From Octopus sinensis (Eukaryota): DNA of 64,000 bases. Of the stretch, positions 12,691 to 25,699 are shown one piece after another (positions within the stretch are counted from its first letter, which is position 1; each line of letters opens with the position of its first letter). The notes under the pieces are model-generated. The model was not told the DNA's origin. It saw only the letters and a program-made list of their open reading frames with translations, and made no database searches. The translations under genes were made by a program, and so were the position numbers. The stretch covers positions 11,036,001-11,100,000 of the forward strand of contig NC_043005.1 of NCBI RefSeq assembly GCF_006345805.1, read 5' to 3'.

Positions 12691-13283
12691 CATACATACA
12701 TATATACATATACACACATACATACATGCATACATACATACATAAATACATACATACATACATACATATACACACATACATACATACATACATACATACA
12801 TAATACATACATACATACATGCATACATACATACATACATATATACATACATACATACATACATACATACACACACATACATACATACATACACACATAC
12901 ATATATACATACGCACATACATACATACATACATGCATGCATACATGCATACATACATACATGCATGCATACATACACACACATACATACATACATACAT
13001 ACATATACACACATATATACATACATGCATACATGCATACATACATACATAAATACATACATACATACATATATACATACATACATACATATACACATAC
13101 ATACATGCATGCATGCATACATACACATACATACATACATACATACATACATACATACATACATACTTACATACATATACACGCAATCATACACACACAC
13201 ATATGCATATACTTGTACATACGTAAATACCTATATACTTACATATATGTGTGCGCGTGTTGTATGTGTGTGTGCATGTGTGT

Positions 13284-13321
<38 letters not shown>

Positions 13322-13355
13322 CGGTGTGTGTGTGTGTGTGTGTGCGTGTGTATGA
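12575..13355. repeat. (ACAT)n then (TG)n microsatellites
   Basis: Direct reading; explains the MYVC/HTYI ORFs. Confidence 0.97.
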
Positions 13356-13484
13356 GCAAGCGTGTGCTGATTTTACAAGGAATATGACGACAGTGACTTC
13401 GAAATTTTGGCTTAGTCACTTACGTCAGATTGTCTCATTACGTTTACGTTCCGAGTTCAAATACTACCCATATTAACTTTACTT

Positions 13485-13790
13485 GTTTGCTTCACAATCT
13501 TGAGATCTCGGGTTCGATTCCACCGTGCATTGTCTTTGGCAAGTGTCTCTTATCTTCTGGTCAATCCATATCGTGTGAGGGAAATTAGGTGGACGGAAAC
13601 TGTAGGATGGATTGCACCCGTAATACCTTGTTCAGCTTTGTCGCACACTGTATCTCGTAGATTCACCCTGAGAATGGCGTAAATATTATACACGACTGTG
13701 GAATACTCAGGCATATATTCGCTAATTCAGGAATAGGTAAGTCAGTCGACTGAACAACTGAATCTTCATCATCGAAATCGGTAGAGAACC
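13485..13790 (+). mobile_element. Old chimeric SINE: family B-like head with family C-like tail
   Basis: GGGTTCGATTCC...CTTTGGCAAGTGTCTC...GACGGAAACTG, followed by a segment alignable to the family C 3' half. Confidence 0.55.
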
Positions 13791-13825
13791 TCTGATAAAA
13801 ATGATACTTTTAAATTTCTTATTCT

Positions 13826-14402
13826 TTTCTATACAAGGCACAAGGCCCAAAATTTTAAGGGGAGGGTGCCAGTCGATTCGATCGATTCCAGTACGCAACT
13901 GGTATTTGATTTATCAGCCTCGAAAGGATGAAAGGCAAAGTCGACCTCGGCGGAATTTGAACTCAGAACGTTGCGGCAGACGAAATACCTATTTCTTTAC
14001 TACCCACAAGAGGCTAAACACAGAGAGGACAAACAAGGACAGACAAAGGGATTAAGTCGATTATATCGACCCCAGTGCGTATCTGGTACTTAATTAATCG
14101 ACCCCGAAAGGATGAAAGGCAAAGTCGACCTCGACGGAATTTGGACTCAGAACGTAACGGCAGACGAAATACCTATTTCTTTACTACCCACAAGGGGCTA
14201 AACACAGAGGAGACAAAGAAGGACAGACAGACGGATTAAGTCGATTATATCGACCCCAGTGCATAACTGGTACTTATTTAATCGACCCCGAAAGGATGAA
14301 AGGCAAAGTCGACCTCGTAGGAATTTGAACTCAGAACGTAGCGGCAGACGAAATACCGCTAAGCATTTCGCTCGGCGTGCTAACGTTTCTGCCAAACTCG
14401 CC
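13826..14402 (-). mobile_element. SINE family A trimer: one head plus three B-box/core units (period about 184 bp)
   Basis: GACGAAATACCTATTTCTTTACTACCCACAAG at 13979 and 14163; last unit ends in tail type 2. Confidence 0.88.
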
Positions 14403-15222
14403 GTCTTATTTCTTATTACTTATTGGACACTAAACGTGCAAGAGTACTACTTTCAATGGCATAGTCGATTATATTATCACAATTCCTGATCACTATTGAT
14501 TTTATTGACCACAGAAGGATAAATGTTAAGTTAAAGCCGGATTTGAACTCGGAACGAAGAAACGTTATAAAAACAACTCCAGCTATTGTGTTAAACTCTC
14601 CGAATTCAGCCACCAACCAGCCAGTATAGGTATTTTCCTAAACTGACAGCAAGTCAAATTCAGAGTATGTTGCTATATATACATCTCTTATTATAAAAGG
14701 CAGATTTTATCTGCCTCCCTTTGTCTCTTATAGAAATCTACAATATAGGATTTCTTCAATTACAATTTACCTAGCATTTTTAAGAGTAGAATGCATCGGG
14801 TCGTGCCAGGTCCAGTTTTTAAAATTTCAACCCCAATTAAGCAAAAATTAGAGAAAACTCACATTGTGGTGTCTAAGTCAAATGCTTTTCTTAGTGTGGG
14901 CTACAGCACACGCACACGCACACACACACAAACGGAGCGAACTGTTTCACTGACGCTATCACCCTAATTTCTCCTCCTTTGTCTTTGCAAGTGTGCAACG
15001 ATTAAAGTGAAAGTAATTCACTTTTTGTAGTGAGTGACTCTTTCACTCTGCATTTCCACTTCCTCTTTACACACATAGACACGCAAATATATAAATAAAA
15101 TTGTAAGCTAACGTGTATGTGTGTGTGTGTGTGTGCGTGTGTGTGAGTGTGTGTGCGTGTGTGTGTATGTGAGGGTGCGTGTGTGTGTGTGTGTGCGTGC
15201 GTGTGTGTGAGTGTGTGACAGG

Positions 15223-15740
15223 AAAGTTTTTTAGGACGAATATAAGACCTAAAGTATATCCAAGTAGCAGAAAGATCGCCCAAAAGTGTATATAGATATT
15301 TAAATGTATTTATATATTCATCTATACACAGATGTATGTATAATGTGTGTGTATATATTTCCATAGACGTAACCATTCACTCCGCACAAAGTTTTTTAGG
15401 ACGAAAATAAGATCTAAAGTTATCTCTAAGCAGCGCAAAGATCGCCCAAAAGTGTATATAGATATATAAATGTATTTATACATTCATCTATGCACACATG
15501 TGTGTATAACGTGTGTGTATATATTTCCATAGAGGTAACCATTCACTCCATACAAAGTTTTTTAGGACGAAAATAAGATCTAAAGTTATCTCTAAGAAAC
15601 AGAAAGATCGCCCAAAAGTGTATATAGATATTTAAATGTATTTATATATTCATCTATACACACATGTATGTATAATGTGCGTGTATATATTTCCATAGAG
15701 GTAACCATTCAATCCATACAAGTTTTTTAGGACGAAAATA
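15223..15740 (+). repeat. About 165-bp tandem repeat, about 3.1 copies
   Basis: AAGTTTTTTAGGACGAA recurs at about 15223, 15388, 15554 and 15720. Confidence 0.9.
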
Positions 15741-15985
15741 TTTATATATAAAAGAAAGGTTGTGTGTCTGTCTACTCCGATTTAGATTCCTAACTACTCC
15801 CACATTTTGCGATGCAGTTTAACCAAAACGGGTATCTTATAGTCGTGATTCATATCAAGCCCTTCTGGGTATTAGCGCGCGTCTACGATGCGTCTATGAT
15901 TTTACAAATAATTTACCATCATTTTTTTCTATTTTAATGCATATTTTTTTAATAAAGGGAAGTAACTCTCAAACTTCACACCAAT

Positions 15986-16460
15986 ATGCGTGCTCATATG
16001 CGGCGTAATATCACATCAGCAGCATTTCCTCACACCCTCCTTGCACTTGGCGAAGGCAAAATACCAGGGGATGAAAATGGTAATATTGCCATCGATTCCA
16101 TTTGTACCATTGTTAAGACGCCTTCTGATCTCAGAGATACAGTGTTCCCAGATCTACAAGCTAATTATCAGAATATGGATTGGATTGGCAAAAAGGCTAT
16201 ACTGGCCCCGAGGAATAAAAATGTTCACCATATTAATGATGAAATGCTAAAACTCATTCCTGGGGAAGTCTATGTATATCAGTCTATCGATACAACTCCT
16301 GACCCAGAGGACGTCATCAACTATACAATAGAGGTATTCAATTCCTTTGAGCACCCCGGACTACCACCACACTTAAAGTTGGTGCCCCTATAATGCTCAT
16401 CAGAAATTTGGTTCCCCCCAAACAATGCAATGGCACACGTTTGATCGTTAAGTCCTTATC
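15986..16460 (+). pseudogene. Helitron Pif1-like helicase fragment
   Basis: LLALGEGK...VFPDL...KAILAPRNKNVHHIN...SID...FNSFEHPGLPPHLKL, then (frameshift) IMLIRNLVPPKQCNGTRLIVK. Confidence 0.9.
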
Positions 16461-16573
16461 TCCCACCGTAAACTTATATCAATATTTGCCTGAATAATCA
16501 TCATAATTCAGTGCAATCATTAACAGTACTTTCAAGCAATTCAGCCCCGAGCAACGCCGGGCAATTCTGCTAG

Positions 16574-16966
16574 TTATATATAAAAGTGAAGTTGTGTGTC
16601 TGTCTCCTACGATTTAGATTCCTAACTACTTCCACATTTTGCGGTACAGTGTAACCAAAACCGGGTATCTTATAGTCGTAATGCATATCGAGCCCTTCTG
16701 GGTATTAGCGCGCGTCTACGATGAGTCTACGATTTAAAAAAAAATTACCATCATTTTTTCCCATTTTAATGCATTTTTTGCTATTATATAAGGGAAGTAA
16801 ATCTCTAAAAATGTATTATTAAATCTCAGAACGTAAAAAGCTACAGTAACACCCCTCCCCCTTTGTGGTTAGCCATATTGAGATGGCTATTATACTTTAC
16901 ATCTCTAAAAATGCTTATATAGTTATTTCCCTTACAAACCCGAGCAACGCCGGGCGATACTGCTAG
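16574..16966 (+). mobile_element. Short non-autonomous Helitron, head-to-tail with the previous one
   Basis: 5' about 230 bp match 15741-15975; same hairpin at 16939-16954; CTAG|T at 16963-16967. Confidence 0.85.
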
Positions 16967-17165
16967 TACATTAAATATTTGGTGGCGATTTGGCGGATTT
17001 GTTTGAGTGTTGAATAAAATGCTTTGCCTTAGTCGTTCCGAGTACCTTCTCTATCAGTTCAAATCGCACCGAAATCAACTTTGCCTTTCACCCTTTCAGA
17101 GTCGATAAATTGATTATCATTCAAGTACAGTGATTGACGCTTCTCTTTCTCTCTGGAGGAAATCG

Positions 17166-17552
17166 GGAGGCGCAATGGCCCAGTGGTTAGGGCAGCGGAC
17201 TCGCGGTCGTAGGATCGCGGTTTCGATTCCCAGACCGGGCGTTGTGAGTGTTTATTGAGCGAAAACGCCTAAAAAGCTCCACGAATCTCCGGCAGGGGAT
17301 GATGGTGATCCCTGCTGTACTCTTTCACCACAACTTTCTCTCACTCTTACTTCCTGTTTCTGTTGTACCTGTATTTCAAAGGGCCGGCCTTGTCACTCTC
17401 TGTGTCACGCTGAATATCCCCGAGAACTGCGTTAAGGGTACACGTGTCTGTGGAGTGCTCAGCCACTTACACGTTAATTTCACGAGCAGGCTGTTCCGTT
17501 GATTCGGATCAATCCGGAACCCTCGTCGTCGTAACCGACGGAGTGCTTCCAC
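17166..17552 (+). mobile_element. SINE family C
   Basis: Full head and tail; TSD GGAGGAAATCG at 17155-17165 and 17555-17565. Confidence 0.93.
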
Positions 17553-18060
17553 TAGGAGGAAATCGGTTGTGCTCAGATCTAGAGAGGGATAGACTTCACC
17601 AGATTTTAGATACACCGTATGTCACGATCTAGCAACCAACAGCAATGACCAAGAACAAAAGATAAGAAGCCAGCATCAATCCACTGTATCTAACCCCATT
17701 GCACAATATCATTTTTCTCTATCATTATTGATAAACTAAACAAATGAATAAGTTACTTGTGGCTGTTTAAGACATATCGTGTTAAATAGAACTTTACCGA
17801 AGTACAAACCTAATGAGTCTGGTTGAAAAATAAAGACTAACTGACCATAGCACCTAATGCATTTGTCCTTGTCTAAAAGCCTATGTTGTTGTTTTTTTGT
17901 AGTTTAAAATACATTTTTCTTTCTTATCCGTTAACCACTCTAATACGACATGCTTCAATTGTCATCTTAAAAGCAGTTACACAATATGAACAAAACTGCT
18001 ATATTTATGCTTGTACTTGTAGGCTGTGTGTGTGTGTGTGCTTGTGTATGTGCGTAATTG

Positions 18061-18129
<69 letters not shown>

Positions 18130-18799
18130 TGTATGTATGTGTGTGTATGTGTGTGTGTATGTGTGTGTGTGTGTGTGTGATAGATGTTTAAAAAAAGAGT
18201 TACAAAACACTTCCCATGCTTGACTGAGTAAAAATATGTTCTGTTCAGACATGTATGGAAGTCGTAACGAACAGATCTCCAGCATTAATAACACTATAAA
18301 ATATTAACCGCGGTGACAAAACAGAAAAAAAAAAAAATACCTGAGAATGGCCAGGTTAATAACTACAGATCAATACTTACAATTATTTTTATCCTGCAGA
18401 AAGTCTTTTCTTGAGAAATTACGGAGACGGCTTTCAGTTATTAAGTTTATATAAAAAATCAATATAGCAACAACCTTGATCTCAGCTACAATGTACAGAG
18501 TGACCTTTTAGCATGAAAAATAATGCATGGTTTGAAATTACATCGCACATATTGGATAGGAAATATATGAATTATATATCTTAATAAAACTCATTCATTT
18601 TATACAAAATACTTCTTGACTTCTACTTAATAATGAAAAATATTATTTTTTCAGTTTGTAATCCCCCACTAATACCAAATTATACGTGTTGTTTGATAAC
18701 TGAAGCTATGGAATTTTTATTTCGATGAACTACATTCAGATTTTGTGCAGTCGTCACGACTCATGGTTTCTATGATGGCAAACAGACACACATTCGTGT

Positions 18800-19110
18800 G
18801 GCAAACAGACACCCATACAATAAATACATAGATTCATACATGATGGTAGTCTCTCATAGTCCGAGAAAGACAGTTCTGTAAATCCTTGCTGAACGATCTG
18901 CACAAATGATTTCTTAAATGGCTACCCCTATCAAATCAGTGTTTGCCTGAACAGTTGCATAGTGTTCCATCGAAGTAATCGCGGAGCAAAGTGAGATGAA
19001 GTGTTTTGATCAAGAACAAAAGTGTTTTGATCAAGAACACCCGGTCCAGGAACTGAACCCACGATGTCACGATCGTGAGTGCAACACCCTGACCATTAAG
19101 CCACGCGCCC
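18800..19110 (-). mobile_element. Degenerate CORE-like tRNA-SINE
   Basis: Minus strand GGCGCGTGGCTTAATGGTCAGGG...GGTTCAGTTCC...TTCTTGATCAAAACACTTCATCTCAC. Confidence 0.6.
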
Positions 19111-19130
19111 TAACATAGATTCGTATATAC

Positions 19131-19319
19131 CAGGGGTCCTCAAACTATTTTAGACCATCGACCCCCTTCATAAAATCTTTGACCCCTCATCGATCCCATC
19201 AGGCATGTACAAGAAAATAAATAAATAATAACAATAACTAAGAAGATGCGCATTTATCGACCCTTTGAATAGTCCCATCGACCCCCAGGGGTCAATATCA
19301 ACCCCATTGGAGATCCCTG
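19131..19319. mobile_element. hAT-like MITE
   Basis: Imperfect TIRs CAGGGGTCCTCAA / TTGGAGATCCCTG; 8-bp flanks GTATATAC and ATATATAC. Confidence 0.65.
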
Positions 19320-19352
19320 ATATATACCTATTCAGATACAGACATGCATATA

Positions 19353-19489
<137 letters not shown>

Positions 19490-19511
19490 ATATGTATATG
19501 TCTATCTATCT

Positions 19512-19584
<73 letters not shown>

Positions 19585-19938
19585 ATATATATAAAAGAAT
19601 ACAAAAAATGGGACAAGAACGCAAAGCATCCAGACAGATGACACAAAAAAGGGACAAGAATAAACAAGGACGGGTCATTCGGAGTTTTCTTTCCTCACTC
19701 GAGTTCCAAATTATCTTTGTAATCTCAGCTGTTTATACTCGAGATTGCTCCAATCTGGTCAGTCCCAAAGAAAAAACTAAGCTAAGAGCATTAGATTTCT
19801 TGGAAGAAAGCAGCAAATGTATACGAAAACAAGGATAGAAAAAAATAACGGAGAAATGTTACACAAATACAAATGCAAATAACAGGAAATTAACAACAGG
19901 TGTCTTTCGTCTAATATCTATCTATCTATCTATCTATC

Positions 19939-19987
<49 letters not shown>

Positions 19988-19998
19988 ATATCTATCTA

Positions 19999-20068
<70 letters not shown>

Positions 20069-21475
20069 GCAAATGTATATATGGATAGAAGTGCTGTTAA
20101 CCAGCGTTTTCTCAATGTAATTTTTCTGTTGTATGATATCGGGCATTGGAATTAAGCCTCGTTGTCAGTACATGGCGAATTGTCGGGAGAACATCGTACA
20201 TTTTGGGTTTATTTAGCATTTAGAACCGTGAAGTTACAATTTTTTACAATTTAAATCAATGTTGTAAATCACATTGATTATTGATAATTTATTCGTGCAT
20301 TCCATGGTTGCAAGTAATATGTCTTAGATAGAAATATGGGTTTATAGTATATTATTTGCGTTAGATTCATGGTTTGATGCAATAAATTTAGTGTTATGTT
20401 TTATGTGGCTTTTGGTGAGATATTCATTGATTCTCTGCATAACATGCAGTTGATTGATGCGTGTGGTTTAGTTCTATTGCAAGGGATGCTCGGTAAATCT
20501 TTTGCGCTATTTTTGAGTCTGTTGAGCCTTTTTCAACAACTGGGTATATTCATTTGCTTGAATACATTAGGCTCAAGAAGAAAAAAAAAATCCATTTTTG
20601 ATGCATCGCTCTAACAGAGATCAAATTCTGACGATTTTGTCAACGACAATTAAACTGACCTTAAGTACAATATAGAAGGCAATGGATATGCCGGCTGCAC
20701 TTCATCCAAAAGATGATCCTAAAGATCTAGAAAGTGATAATCGATTTGAGAACTCTGTACTGAACAAAGAGCAAAGAACTCCAAACGAAAATATGAGTGA
20801 ACCTTGATAAAAAAGATAAAACTTTGATTAATATATTTATTGAATGATTGATTTATTGATCAATGAACCCAGACTGAACCTTGCCACACACGACTACTGA
20901 CTGCAAACATTTCCTGCTTTCTGAAATAGAAAAAAAAAGAAAGCAACAATGAATTACTCTGCAACCCAGAACATTTTAATCATAGATTAAATCTAGGATT
21001 ATCTTCTCTAAACCACTGTATATTCTGAATATATTGTGTTTCTTCAAATCAAATACTCAACGAAGTTGTACAAGTTTAGGCATGTCAGAACTTACTAATC
21101 TCAGTAATCGACTTTACATACTAACAAAAAAGCACCATCATTGACCCATTATACATAATATTTACGGATCTGTCATGAAGCTTTCGAGTATTTTCATATT
21201 TTTTTTTTACTTTTTGTTTTTTTTATATTGTATTTTTTCTTTTAAAGAATAAAGAGAAAAGTAGATTTGTCATAAACGTCTCTCTTTCTCTCTCTCTCTC
21301 TCACTGTCGATTGTTATTCTTTTTTCCTGTGTCAATCTAATCTAATACTTCTCACTTCCTCAGTATATGAGTGCATATGCGTATGTGTATGTCTATGTGT
21401 TTATAGAAGTGTGTGTTTGTGCATATATCTATGTATATGTGTGCCCGCATGTAGATGTATATGCATACGTACATG

Positions 21476-21564
<89 letters not shown>

Positions 21565-21565
<1 letters not shown>

Positions 21566-21947
21566 GAGGCGCAATGGCCCAGTGATTAGGGCAAAGGACT
21601 CGTGGTCGTAGGATCGCGGTTTCGATTCCCAGACCGGGCGTTGTGAGTGTTTATTGAGCGAAAACACCTAAAGCTCCACGAGGCTCCGGCAGGGGATGGT
21701 GGTGATCCCTGCTGTACTCTTTCACCACAACTTTCTCTCACTCTTACTTCGTGTTTCTGTTGTACCTGTATTTCAAGGGGCCGGCCTTGTCACTCTCTGT
21801 GTCACGCTGAATATCCCCGAGAACTACGTTAAGGGTGCACGTGTCTGTGGAGTGCTCAGCCACTTACGCGTTAATTTCACGAGCAGGCTGTTCCGTTGAT
21901 CGGATCAACCGGAACCCTCGTCGTCGTAACCGACGGAGTGCTTCCAC
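21565..21947 (+). mobile_element. SINE family C
   Basis: Full head and tail. Confidence 0.92.
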
Positions 21948-21950
21948 CAT

Positions 21951-22051
<101 letters not shown>

Positions 22052-22279
22052 AAATATATATATATATATCGAGAGAGAAAGAGAGCGAAAGACAGTGAAT
22101 GAGAGAGGTTGCGTCGGGAGTGTTACTGCCTCCAGTAGCACCACGATCAATAGCCTCACCTCCAGCACCACCAGAATTAACATCATCGGCAGCGGCAGCA
22201 GCAGCAACAACAACAACAGCAATAGTAGGCACAACACCGACTCCACGCATCCAAGGAAATACATCCAAGGAAATACATG

Positions 22280-22425
22280 CGCAGGAACTTCCTTTAAGAG
22301 ACTTCTTTCCAACAATAGATCTCTCTTTCAGGGTCCCGGAAAAGAGATATGTAAGATCGCTGGTCAGCCATGTCTGGCAACTGAAGGAAGATGGAATTCC
22401 ATACTTGAAAATCCGGGTCGGTACA
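22280..22425 (+). pseudogene. Probable Penelope-like GIY-YIG C-terminal fragment
   Basis: SFRVPEKRYVRSLVSHVWQLKEDGIPY resembles SFR-KK-AT-LS-IW-KE in 10820-11240. Confidence 0.5.
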
Positions 22426-23637
22426 TAAACGCATGGAAATCCTGAAACACTTGCATATACCAGGGGCCATACTGAATTCCAGAACAATTTCTCTGTATAT
22501 TTATGAATATATATGTATATGTATCTACCTATCTGTCTGCCTGCCTATACAGATAGATTCATATATGTAACATGTGTAAGTATATAACATATTTTTATCT
22601 ACAAGTACGATAAATGAGTCTCCTCCTATTCAAGGCTTATTAACTATAACGGTCACTATTCTCATAACCCATTCAAATGGAATAAGTTACGGAATAAGTT
22701 CCACATATCTAATATGTATAAAATTTCTAATTAACGAATCTACAAATTAATTCATGCTCAAGATTTCTCAAAATAATGAAATAATGCTACATAGGACTAC
22801 CACTAACCAGCAATAATTAAATAATGCTATTTATGATTACCACTAACAGCAAACCAAAGTTATGATCTTTGCCATAAATATAAATTTTAAGTACTTTTTA
22901 AAATACTTGTAAAATATCTGCTTCGTTTTCATATTCTTTCATTTCAAATTCAAGTATCTAATCTTGTTTTACGCTGTCTATTAACGGCCAGCCAGAGGGT
23001 GTTACATGTTTTCTGTTATTATATTTTAAGGTATTAGTTGTTTTTTTTTTACCTACTCGAGAAATTTTCAAACGACATATCATAGACATATGCGCCAAAT
23101 GACGTCAGTGGATTACCAGACAGTGTTGCAACGTTAATTCACCTCTTCAGTGATAAATACCGACTCATGTTTATTTTAATTCTCGCAGACGACATATCAC
23201 ATAGACACATGCTTCAAATGATATCAGCTGATTACTATGCACAGTTTTGCTGCATGATTTCACTTTTTCAGTGATAGATACCGACTTATATTCATTTTGA
23301 TTCTCGCATACACACCTCCATACACGATGCTGTGTAAGAATATATGTGTGTTATATATGAATGCAAGTGTGTGAGGCCATCGATTTATGCGATTAAAGCA
23401 TTTTCTATTGAAGATATTAAAAAAAATTTTAATTCCATTGCCCATATTTAATACAATCTATACTTTCAAGCTAACGAAGTGGCTACGGCCCTATATTTGC
23501 GGCGTTCAACATGATTTACGTTGAAACGAAAGTTATTTCCATAAATAACATCATATATATATATATATATGTGCGCGTGTGTACCGTTGGCGATTTTTTT
23601 CCTCCGTCTTTCCTTCTCTGGATCTTTCCTTTTCCTA

Positions 23638-23674
23638 TGTTTCTGACGAAGAGCTCCGCTCGAAACGTAAAATA
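23638..23674 (+). ncRNA. Minimal type I hammerhead ribozyme in a probable pLTR fragment (about 23480-23770)
   Basis: TGTTT-CTGACGA-A-GAGC(TCC)GCTC-GAAA-CG-TA-AAATA. Confidence 0.7.
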
Positions 23675-23772
23675 CTCCTTCTTCCCTTCCTTCCTGAGCG
23701 TCCAATAATACTATATTTGTTCCACGTCCTCGCGTTGTTGTGTTTTCTCTTCGTGTTTTCATGTTTGGATTA

Positions 23773-23839
<67 letters not shown>

Positions 23840-24226
23840 TCAGGAGTGTTCTTAAGGCATTCATTATGACGAAAGAAAATTTGAAAATATTTCCATCCAT
23901 AGATTTACAATCCAACATAGTTCCATTATGTAGTCCGTCTAGAACATCACCACACTCATTTTTATATAAGCAGAAGAAAATGGAATAAACTGATATTGAG
24001 ATTCATTTTACGGAAGAAACTAAAAAGGAAAAAAAACAAACGCCCAATGTCTAATACTGCACGTAGTGAGTCTCATTATAGATATAAATCTTTCGTAGTC
24101 TAGTTAAAAATCTTCAGCCGAGGCTTTAAATTGTCATCTGTAAAGAACCTTTAACTAAAAAACTCTTGAGAGCTGAACAGACATTTGTTAATAACTTGAC
24201 TCCAATATGCAAGCAGATCAAGCTAC

Positions 24227-24293
<67 letters not shown>

Positions 24294-24295
<2 letters not shown>

Positions 24296-24840
24296 CAGTA
24301 CCAGGCAGTGGCTCTCATGGCTTCTGATCTTAACTGATTGGAAGTGTTATCATGTACATTGTTTTGTCTTGGTATAAAAGATGGGCTACAGCAAATATTC
24401 TGCTCAATACCACAGATTTGCTTGTCAGTTGTTTGACCTTAACCAGTTGACCATGTCCCTTATTGGCTGACGATATGTGCATCTCTGATCACGAGTAGAA
24501 GTAGTGGGGGAGCATCATAGCCATGTGTTGAGAGGGATTCTTTGGGGTTTGAATAATTCACCTCTGGAAACATGGGTGGTTCTTTCAACATCCTTAAACA
24601 ACCCTTATTCAGAGACCTTTTGAGCGGGATGGGCTACTCAACCTGAAAAAATTCTAACTGGGCCCCACCTGCAAGGTCATGTGCTGTTTATCTTGATATG
24701 AGATCACCATGTCGCGCACATATGGTTGTGATGCATGTGCCTGGTGTACCTTTATCAGACGGGTAGTCATGATGGGTATATTGGGCTTCGTATATTTTAC
24801 CCCAGTGTCACTTTGATGGCATGCACTGCTCTCTCACTCA
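24294..24840 (+). mobile_element. Element 'T' (about 550 bp) inserted in (AAT)n
   Basis: Matches 8149-8705 and 29726-30178; (AAT)n on both sides. Confidence 0.8.
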
Positions 24841-24863
24841 ATAATAATAATAATAATAATAAT

Positions 24864-25309
24864 ATCGACTGTCCTAATCGATATAAACGTATCTGTCAAG
24901 ACCTACCAAAAACTGAGCAAATATAAAGATCTTGAAATAGAAATCAGCAAAATGTGGAACCTGAAGACTAAAACAATACCTGTTGTCATAGGTGCCCTGG
25001 GAATGATAGCAAAAGGGACTGATTGCTACCTAACTTAGATACCAGGAAACCCCAAAATGGCAGAAATTCAAAAGATAGTGCTCATGGGAACTGCTCATAT
25101 CCCACGCAAAATACTTTCTATGTAATCTCAAGTTTTAAAACAAACATAATTTTCGTATGTTTTTTTTTAAGACATTCACTAGTACAACACTAAATACGAA
25201 ACCAAATATATGGCAGCCTAGGCATAACACCAACATGAACTTCCAACCCGTTGTCTCTTGAGGTTTCTGGGTGAGACTTGTACAAATATAAAGCAAAAGT
25301 CAAACATAG
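24864..25309 (+). mobile_element. 5'-truncated R4/Dong-like non-LTR retrotransposon 3' end (restriction-like endonuclease C-terminus plus 3' UTR)
   Basis: KLSKYKDLEIEISKMWNLKTKTIPVVIGALG...IQKIVLMGTAHIPRKIL*; flanked by (AAT)n. Confidence 0.8.
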
Positions 25310-25347
25310 AATAATAATAATAAATAATAATAATAATAATAATAATA

Positions 25348-25379
<32 letters not shown>

Positions 25380-25699
25380 GTAACAGCAACAATAACAACA
25401 ATAACAACAATAATAATTATAATGAAGTAATACTCATTAAAATTTATTTTTATTTTCCAAATGAAATTATGTATTTTAACTGTGTATCATCTCCATCACT
25501 CGCACAACACGTGTAAATACGCTCACCATATTGCGATCCTATCAACATCAGACCATCTCGTCCCCAAACCACCATGCACAAAAAAAATGAGAAATAAATG
25601 AAATTATACTCGTATTATTCAACCCGGGGATATAACAAACGGGAAGTACGTACTTTAAACTTGTTATACAAAAGTACAAAAAACTACACAAGAAATGAA

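Larger units (their letters stand above)
14684..16573 (+). mobile_element. Composite Helitron with internal Pif1 helicase fragment
   Basis: A|TCTCTTATTATAAAAGG 5'-like end at 14684; second 5'-like end at about 15741; 3' hairpin CCCGAGCAACGCCGGG (16546-16561) then CTAG|T. The 5' boundary at 14684 is less certain. Confidence 0.7.

Noticed and set aside
24294-24350. Faint resemblance of the element T 5' end to U2 snRNA
   Set aside because: Only a few short matches; the branch-point recognition sequence GTGTAGTA is absent.
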